In this document: positions 58,175-64,000 of the stretch, in pieces | Layout: every line of letters begins with the position of its first letter | Position numbering within the stretch: position 1 is the stretch's first letter | Assembly: GCA_963842085.1 (NCBI GenBank) | Contig: CAWJET010000001.1 | Span: forward strand, 2,432,001 to 2,496,000 | Reading direction: 5' to 3' | Source: an uncultured delta proteobacterium | GTDB lineage: Bacteria > Desulfobacterota > Binatia > Binatales > Binataceae | Length of the DNA: 64,000 nucleotides | Notes under the pieces: model-generated | Told to the model about the DNA's origin: nothing | Seen by the model: the letters and a program-made list of their open reading frames with translations, nothing else | Database searches by the model: none | Translations under genes and position numbers: made by a program

Positions 58175-58246
58175 GGTTTCATGCTATCCGCGATTCCTTA
58201 CTCTTTGAACGAACCGCGGCCGGAAAATTGCACTGTGCGCGTCGTT

Positions 58247-58609
58247 TCATTTGACGTCCGGAAGCGCGCGCGACAGGTCGAGCTGCAAATCGCCCGCAGC
58301 CCAATCATAACACAGCTGAATCTGATCGTGGCTCAGCTTGTCGCCGTCGTGCAGCGTGTGCTCGATCTCACGCTTGAGATAGTCGCGTGTGCGTGCCAGG
58401 CGGCGCGACACCGTGGACTCATGCTCGTCCATCACGCGCCCAATTTCCTTGAGCGAAAGCTCGTGCCGGTAATAGTACGCCATCCGCATCCGGTCCCGCG
58501 GCGCGAGCGACTTAAGCGCGGCGTCGAGCGCCTTGCCCAGCATCGCCACGTAGCGGGCGCGGTCGGAGCCGGCGTCGAGCGGATCGGCCCGAAGGTCGCT
58601 GTCGCTCAC
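58247..58609 (-). CDS. ECF sigma factor, region 4 half
   Basis: AL.SL..RDR...YY...LSLKEIG......STVSR.L.R. Confidence 0.75.
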   Translation of the reverse strand: MSDSDLRADPLDAGSDRARYVAMLGKALDAALKSLAPRDRMRMAYYYRHELSLKEIGRVMDEHESTVSRRLARTRDYLKREIEHTLHDGDKLSHDQIQLCYDWAAGDLQLDLSRALPDVK

Positions 58610-59124
58610 CCAGGTTTTTCCACGTCATCGTCGAGTGGCTGGAGGCGGCTCTGAGAGCGGATATAATCGACGTGACGCTGCGCCAAAACGGCCCGCAGCC
58701 AGGTCAGGAGCGAGCTGCGGCCGTGGAAGTAGCTGAGGATCGAGCGGCGGCGGCCGTCGCGCACCTCGATGCCGTACAACTCGGCCCATAACGAATCCGC
58801 CAGTTCGCGCCCGCGCATCTCGTCGCCGGCAATCGCGCGCGCGGCGGCGTAGAGCGCCGGCCTGAAGCTGGTGATGAAATGTTCCCACGCGGCGGATTCT
58901 CCATTGCGGCACGCGATCGCCAGGCCCAGGTCTTCGGCGTGGAGCGCGCCGATAAATGATTCGACGCCGGCGCGATCGAGCACGCCCGCCGTGTGCGCGC
59001 CCAGATACACCGCGTCGTGGAGAGAATCATCGCTGATGCTCCATCGCGCGGCGCCCGCGCGTTTGCATAGACGCCCGAGGGCGCGAGCGTGCTGTGCAAC
59101 GAATTCCGGTGGCGCTTTGCTCAC
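58606..59124 (-). CDS. ECF sigma factor, region 2 half
   Basis: LHAEDL.LA.AC..G...AW..F, Y.GRSSL.TWLRAV; stops at TGA overlapping the GTG of the region 4 ORF. Confidence 0.75.
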   Translation of the reverse strand: MSKAPPEFVAQHARALGRLCKRAGAARWSISDDSLHDAVYLGAHTAGVLDRAGVESFIGALHAEDLGLAIACRNGESAAWEHFITSFRPALYAAARAIAGDEMRGRELADSLWAELYGIEVRDGRRRSILSYFHGRSSLLTWLRAVLAQRHVDYIRSQSRLQPLDDDVEKPG

Positions 59125-59132
59125 CTCACTGG

Positions 59133-59160
59133 ATTGTATGGAAACCCGGCGTGGGTTTCA
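59133..59160 (-). promoter_or_regulatory. Candidate ECF-type promoter
   Basis: GAAAC-N16-TACAAT just before the sigma gene. Confidence 0.45.
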
Positions 59161-59270
59161 CGCTGCCTTGCGCAGGAGCCGGCCCCGGCATCTTTTGTGA
59201 GGAAACGTCAAGCGCCGAGCGATGTCATCGCTCGGCGCCTTTCGGACCTCACCGCCGCCTGCCCTGTCAT

Positions 59271-59786
59271 TTAGTGCTTCTGATCGAAGTGCCGCTCGGC
59301 TGTCATGTAGCGGAACGGATGCGACTTCCAATCGCGTCGCGCTACGGGATGATTTTGCAGGTACTCATGCAGGCCCGGATGGCTGTCGACGTATGCGCGA
59401 TTGTCGACCAGCGCCGGATCCTTGTTGAGCTGCTGCGCGACTTCGGGATGCGAGTCCATGTAGTGATCGGTGGTCGCCAGCGGATGCGCACCGTTCCATT
59501 CGCCGTGGTGTTCGTAGTAGTGCTCCCGCGCCATGAAGCGGTCGGGATGATGCCGCAGCTCCTCGCGAACTTCGGGATGGTTCCTGAAGTAGGTGACGAG
59601 GCCCGGGTGACTGGCGAGGAACTGCGGATTGTCCACCAAGTGCGGATCGTGCGCCAGTTGCTCCGCCACTTCGGGATGCTCGTCGAGATAGCCGTTGTCG
59701 AAGCGGCCGACGGGACCGGCGATGGCGGCGGAGGTCATCGCGCCGACGAAAGCGATTGCCGCGAGAGTTGTGAGAGTCTTTTTCAT
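59271..59786 (-). CDS. Secreted His-Pro repeat protein
   Basis: AGGAG RBS, signal peptide; two copies of Y.D.HPEVA.QL..DP.LVDN......HPGL..Y..NHP. Confidence 0.85.
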   Translation of the reverse strand: MKKTLTTLAAIAFVGAMTSAAIAGPVGRFDNGYLDEHPEVAEQLAHDPHLVDNPQFLASHPGLVTYFRNHPEVREELRHHPDRFMAREHYYEHHGEWNGAHPLATTDHYMDSHPEVAQQLNKDPALVDNRAYVDSHPGLHEYLQNHPVARRDWKSHPFRYMTAERHFDQKH

Positions 59787-59927
59787 GATCGGTCTCCTGT
59801 TGGATATGAGCGTTTCAGTTGGCGTTGCCGCCGCTGCGCGTGTTCTCGATGAGGGTTGGACGCAGCGGGTGGAGGCTCCGTTTACGTCCCGATGACGGAG
59901 TGCGGGCGTGTCGAATTGCGCGGGGAG

Positions 59928-59955
59928 AGTGTAAACGAACCGTAAGGTTGTTTCG
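59928..59955 (-). promoter_or_regulatory. Candidate ECF-type promoter
   Basis: GAAAC-N16-TACACT upstream of the repeat-protein gene. Confidence 0.45.
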
Positions 59956-60026
59956 TCAAATAGGTCGGGAAATTGTAATATCGGTCTCCGGGGCGAGCGG
60001 GATTGACGGGCCCCGGACTGATTACG

Positions 60027-60596
60027 GTGGAGCCTTCGGATGAGGAGCTGTGCAGGAGAATCGCGGAGCGCGATGCGGACGCATTCGAGCTTATGGTGGA
60101 CCGCCATCAGGCCCGCGCGTACCGGCTCGCGGCGTCGATCCTCGGCAACGAAGCCGACGCGCGCGACGTCTCGCAGGACGCGTTCCTCCGGCTGTACGAA
60201 TCCGCCGGCCGGTTCGACGGGCGGTCGCGCTTTTCGACCTGGTTCTACCGGATACTGGTCAACCTCTGCATCGACCATCAGAGGCGGAATCGATGGTGGA
60301 GACGGATGGCGCCGCTTGCGAATCCCGGCGGCGGCGACCCCGACGAACACGCCTTCGATCCGCCCTCGGATGAGACCGGCCCCGAGGGCGAGGCGATGCT
60401 GAAGCAATCGTTAAGCCGGCTGCGTCCCGCGCTGGAAAAGCTCTCGCCGCAGCAGCGTGCGGCGGTGCTGCTGCAGGCGCAGGAGGGATTCACCAGCCGC
60501 GAAATAGGCGAGGTGCTCAAGTGCTCGGAGAACACGGCGAGGGTCCATGTGCATCGCGGGATCGTCCAGCTCCGTAAACTACTGCAGCAGGATTGA
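60027..60596 (+). CDS. ECF RNA polymerase sigma factor
   Basis: SDEEL, AFE.......A..DVSQDAF, F.G.SRFSTW.YRI.VN.C.D, EI...L.....T....HR; start could be 60003. Confidence 0.92.
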   Translation: MEPSDEELCRRIAERDADAFELMVDRHQARAYRLAASILGNEADARDVSQDAFLRLYESAGRFDGRSRFSTWFYRILVNLCIDHQRRNRWWRRMAPLANPGGGDPDEHAFDPPSDETGPEGEAMLKQSLSRLRPALEKLSPQQRAAVLLQAQEGFTSREIGEVLKCSENTARVHVHRGIVQLRKLLQQD

Positions 60597-60676
60597 CTAA
60601 TTGATCAACTAATCGAGTGACTAATCAGGAAACGGACTGACTGAGACGCGACTGACTATTCAGAAAAGACTGACTA
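60593..60676 (+). repeat. Degenerate (GAC)TGACTA short-repeat array
   Basis: About six GACT(A/G)-type units: TTGACTAAT, CAACTAAT, GTGACTAAT, GACTGACTG, GACTGACTAT, GACTGACTAC. Confidence 0.6.
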
Positions 60677-60678
60677 CG

Positions 60679-61233
60679 ATGGCCGGCAATCATCCCGAGA
60701 TTGAACTGATACCGTATCTGCGTGGAGAGTTGAGCGCGGACGAGCGCACCCGCGTGGCGGCGCATCTGGAGGGATGCGCGGATTGCCGCGAGTCGGCCGC
60801 GGCGGCGTCGGCGATACTGTCGAGGCTGGCCAAGGCTGTTGATGACGTACGCGAGCCGGATTGGGCAAACTATCGGGGTGAGCTCGGGCGCAAGCTGCGG
60901 GCAGCGCAGGCGAGTCGCGGCCCTGCGCGTGGGCGATGGTGGGCCGATCTTCAGTTGCCGGTCTTCGGCTGGCCGTCGATGGCGATGGCCACAGCGGCGG
61001 TCGCGGTGCTCGCGCTCGCGATCGTGATGCATCGCGGGGCCGGCGGTGTGCAGCTGCCGGGAGTCGATCAACTCGAGCTGCAACAGGAGTTGAGCAGCGC
61101 GGACGCGGATGTCGGCCTGCTGGCCAACTATCGCGTGGTCGAGCATCTCGATTTGCTCGAGAACTACGACGTGATCGAGCATCTGGACGAGCTGGGCCCC
61201 GGCAACCGCCAGACCAATGAAACTCCATCGTAA
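60679..61233 (+). CDS. zf-HC2 anti-sigma factor
   Basis: L..Y..GEL...E...V..HL.GC.DC plus TM. Confidence 0.9.
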   Translation: MAGNHPEIELIPYLRGELSADERTRVAAHLEGCADCRESAAAASAILSRLAKAVDDVREPDWANYRGELGRKLRAAQASRGPARGRWWADLQLPVFGWPSMAMATAAVAVLALAIVMHRGAGGVQLPGVDQLELQQELSSADADVGLLANYRVVEHLDLLENYDVIEHLDELGPGNRQTNETPS

Positions 61234-61612
61234 AGTGGCCGCGATCATGCTGTTCGCGGCCGTCGCTGTCGGAACCGAAAGCGGGAAAGCGCCGGCGCAG
61301 CAGGGGCCGCCGGACTTGAGAATGTTGATGAATCTGGACCTGTTCGAGCCCCCTTCGCGCAATGAGGTGAAAGGCGCGTCGGCGCCCGCCGCAGCGCCAA
61401 CGGATGACTCGATGCTCGAGCAGATACGCACGCTTGACGCGATGGGTTACCTGGGAAATCACGGGGGCGCGGATGGAAACGGCGCACCCGCTCCCAGAGC
61501 CACGTTCGGGAGCGCGCCGGCCGAGACGGTCGGCGCTCCTGCTCCTGCGGCAGCGTCCGAGCCGGCGCCGTCGAGTCAGCCCAGCTACGACGTCGAGGGG
61601 CCGCAGCCATGA
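61217..61612 (+). CDS. Small exported hypothetical protein
   Basis: Signal-like N-terminus; overlaps both neighbours; L..MGYL motif. Confidence 0.7.
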   Translation: MKLHRKVAAIMLFAAVAVGTESGKAPAQQGPPDLRMLMNLDLFEPPSRNEVKGASAPAAAPTDDSMLEQIRTLDAMGYLGNHGGADGNGAPAPRATFGSAPAETVGAPAPAAASEPAPSSQPSYDVEGPQP

Positions 61613-62193
61613 CGGGTAGCGGGCGCATATTGAGCGGATTCGTGCTCGCGGTGTTCCTGCTGTGCGGATGGCATGCGGCGGTTCCCGCCTACGCCCAAGC
61701 GTTGTCGTTGCCTCCGGGGGCGTCGGAGCCTATGAACGACGCCGAGCGCGCGCTTGTCGCGTCGCATCCGAAGGAATGGGCACAGCTCAGTCCGGACCAG
61801 CGTCAGCGCGTGCTCGAGAACTACCGGCGATGGCAGGCGATGAAGCCCGAAGAGCGCCTGCGAGTGCAGCAGAACTTCCAGACGTTCCGCAATCTGCCGC
61901 CGGAAGAACGCAAGCGGGTACTCGAAGGATTGCGCAAGTGGCGTCAGCTCCCCGAGGCGCGGCGCGACGAATTGCAGCATGAGTATGCGCGCTGGCGGGG
62001 TCTGCCGCCCGATCAGCGCGATCGGATGATGAAGCGATACCAGCAATTCGAGCAGCTTCCGCCGGAGCAGCGCGAACGGATGCTCACGAACTGGCATCGC
62101 TGGCAGCAAATGACGCCGGAGCAGCGGCGCGAGGCGCGCCGGCGGCTGGGATTGTGGCGTCAGCATCCGCGCCAGACGCCCCCGGGTCCGTAG
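61609..62193 (+). CDS. DUF3106-like helical repeat periplasmic protein
   Basis: Signal peptide; repeated W..L.P.QR......Y..(W/F) units. Confidence 0.85.
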   Translation: MTGSGRILSGFVLAVFLLCGWHAAVPAYAQALSLPPGASEPMNDAERALVASHPKEWAQLSPDQRQRVLENYRRWQAMKPEERLRVQQNFQTFRNLPPEERKRVLEGLRKWRQLPEARRDELQHEYARWRGLPPDQRDRMMKRYQQFEQLPPEQRERMLTNWHRWQQMTPEQRREARRRLGLWRQHPRQTPPGP

Positions 62194-62279
62194 GCGGCGG
62201 CAATAGAAGTCGAACTCAATCGCGGTGAAACCGCGTGCAGGTTTCACATCTGATCGTGAGCCGCGCCGCCGCGTCCGCG

Positions 62280-63239
62280 TTAGAGACCCTTCAAGAACTC
62301 GATCAGGACCTCATTGATTTCCTTGGGGCGTTCTTGCTGCACCCAATGACCTGCGCCGGGGACTATTACCTTCTTCTTCAGATTGGGAGTGAAGGCTCCC
62401 GCCAACTCGTAGCCGCCGGGAAGCATTTTGCCGACCACGTCATGCTCACCGGCGGCGAAGACTGCCGGCTGGCGCAGCTTCGCGCCGTCGAGGAACGGCG
62501 TCAGCTCCCAGTTGCGATCGAAATTGCGATACCAGTTGACGCCGCCGCGAAAGCCCGCACGCTTGAACTCGCCGGCGAAGAAATCGAGGTCGGCCTCCGT
62601 CAGCCAAGGCGGCAGCTTCTCCGGCACCATCCCGGTCTCGATAAACTTTTTGGTCTTGGGGAACAGGAACGAGAACTCCCCTTCGCGCGGCGCATCGCCC
62701 GATGCCGAGTACAGGATCATCGCCATCGAGCGGCGCGGATCGGCGTCGAGTTCCTTCTCGACCTTGCCCGGCTCCTGGAAATAGAGCTGGTAAAAATTCT
62801 GGTCGCCGGCGAGCGCCTTCATCCCGTCGGTCGGACGCAGCGGAGTGCGCGGAAGGTATGGAACGCTGAGCAGCGCGATCGCGCGAAAGATGTCGGGGCG
62901 CAGCAGCGCCGAGTTCCACGCGACCGGCGCGCCCCAATCGTGACCGGCGATCACTGCCGACTCGACGCCAAGGCTGTTGACCAGCCCGACGATATCGCCG
63001 ACCAGGTTAAGGATGTTGTACGACTCGATCGGCGCAGGCGCGTCGGTCTGCCCGTAGCCGCGCTGGTCGGGCACCACGACGCGAAAACCCGCCGCTGCGA
63101 GCGCGGGAATCTGATGCCGCCACGAGTACCACGACTCGGGCCATCCGTGGCACAACACCACGAGCGGCCCCGCGCCCTGCTCGACGAAATGCATCCGGAT
63201 GCCATTGGTGTTGACGAATTTGTGCCGCAGCTCAGACAT
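62280..63239 (-). CDS. Epoxide hydrolase (alpha/beta hydrolase)
   Basis: HGWPESWYSWRHQ, PDQRGYG, GHDWGA, Y..YFQ, N.YRN, GHW.QQE. Confidence 0.93.
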   Translation of the reverse strand: MSELRHKFVNTNGIRMHFVEQGAGPLVVLCHGWPESWYSWRHQIPALAAAGFRVVVPDQRGYGQTDAPAPIESYNILNLVGDIVGLVNSLGVESAVIAGHDWGAPVAWNSALLRPDIFRAIALLSVPYLPRTPLRPTDGMKALAGDQNFYQLYFQEPGKVEKELDADPRRSMAMILYSASGDAPREGEFSFLFPKTKKFIETGMVPEKLPPWLTEADLDFFAGEFKRAGFRGGVNWYRNFDRNWELTPFLDGAKLRQPAVFAAGEHDVVGKMLPGGYELAGAFTPNLKKKVIVPGAGHWVQQERPKEINEVLIEFLKGL

Positions 63240-63255
63240 CGGGCTTTACTCCGTC

Positions 63256-63285
63256 TTTAAATTGGGTGCAGGGGTAACCCCCCGC
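63256..63285 (+). repeat. REP-like repeat family B
   Basis: TTTAAATTGGGTGCAGGGGTAACCCCCCGC. Confidence 0.6.
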
Positions 63286-64000
63286 CTACGAATGCTTGAG
63301 CCTTTTGATTTCCTCGGCCATCTCGGGGACCGCCTTGAACAGATCGGCGACCAGGCCGTAGTCGGCGACCGCGAAAATCGGCGCCTCTTCGTCTTTGTTG
63401 ATCGCGCAGATAACCTTCGAGTCTTTCATCCCCGCCAGATGCTGAATCGCGCCCGAGATTCCGACCGCGATGTAGAGTTCAGGCGCAACCACCTTGCCCG
63501 TCTGTCCAACTTGCAGGTCGTTGGGCACGAAGCCGGCATCGACCGCCGCGCGCGACGCGCCCATCGCAGCGCCCATCTCATCAACCAGCGGCTCGAGCAC
63601 GGTCTTGAAGTTCTCGCCCGACTTGAGGCCGCGTCCGCCGGAGACGATGATCCGCGCTTCGGTGAGCTGCGGGCGGTCGCTCTTGGTCGCGTTGAACGAG
63701 ACGAATTCCATCTTGAGCGCGCCCGCGTCGATCTCGGCATCCTGCTTTTCGACCGGAGCGGCAGCGTCGCCCGGCTTGGCGGCGTCGAACGCGGTGCCGC
63801 GCACCGTCAATACTTTAATCGGCCCGTCGAGTTCGACCGTCGCCATCACGTTGCCGGCGTAGGTCGGGCGCACGAAGGTATGGTCGTCGCTGATCGCGGT
63901 GATTTCCGACGCCATCGGAGCGCCAAGTCGCGCGGCCAGCCGTGGAAACAAGTCCTTGCCCATCGCAGTCGCGGTCGCGAGAACAAATTCCGCGCCTTCT
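63286..64000 (-). CDS. etfA: Electron transfer flavoprotein alpha subunit (5' end outside window)
   Basis: [39 protein letters not shown]. Confidence 0.97.
   Translation of the reverse strand, partial: EGAEFVLATATAMGKDLFPRLAARLGAPMASEITAISDDHTFVRPTYAGNVMATVELDGPIKVLTVRGTAFDAAKPGDAAAPVEKQDAEIDAGALKMEFVSFNATKSDRPQLTEARIIVSGGRGLKSGENFKTVLEPLVDEMGAAMGASRAAVDAGFVPNDLQVGQTGKVVAPELYIAVGISGAIQHLAGMKDSKVICAINKDEEAPIFAVADYGLVADLFKAVPEMAEEIKRLKHS

Noticed and set aside
60593-60676. Possible CRISPR array
   Set aside because: Units are under 10 nt and irregular, with no spacers of CRISPR length and no cas genes.

Overview
GC-rich bacterial chromosome segment. Gene content and style tentatively suggest Candidatus Binatia/Binatota or a related deltaproteobacterium-like lineage; this is inference only. 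The backbone is housekeeping and metabolic: phaC, lutBCA, queG, iscA, fabG, cysS, ltaE, ffh-rpsP-khpA-rimM-trmD-SPOUT-(insert)-rplS, an opp/dpp ABC operon, two ECF sigma/anti-sigma modules and a partial etfA. No rRNA, tRNA or CRISPR array was recognised. The most notable signals are as follows. (1) A DUF559 nuclease gene is bracketed by inverted palindromic repeats; relatives of this repeat are dispersed across the window, and two lie in frame inside a transglycosylase ORF. (2) An ExbB-ExbD-ExbD operon has, as its apparent TonB-like partner, a protein with an SxxxH membrane anchor and a vWA domain instead of a TonB C-domain. (3) Two transposase-less cassettes with IS1-like GGTAGTG ends carry passenger genes, one of them a toxin-antitoxin pair. 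(4) A second toxin-antitoxin pair is flanked by a ~175-bp duplicated oppC 3' end that differs mostly at synonymous sites. (5) An orphan RnfD/NqrB-like gene is paired with DUF2330. (6) One ECF sigma and its anti-sigma are both frameshifted or split. All family calls come from motif recognition by eye, not database searches.
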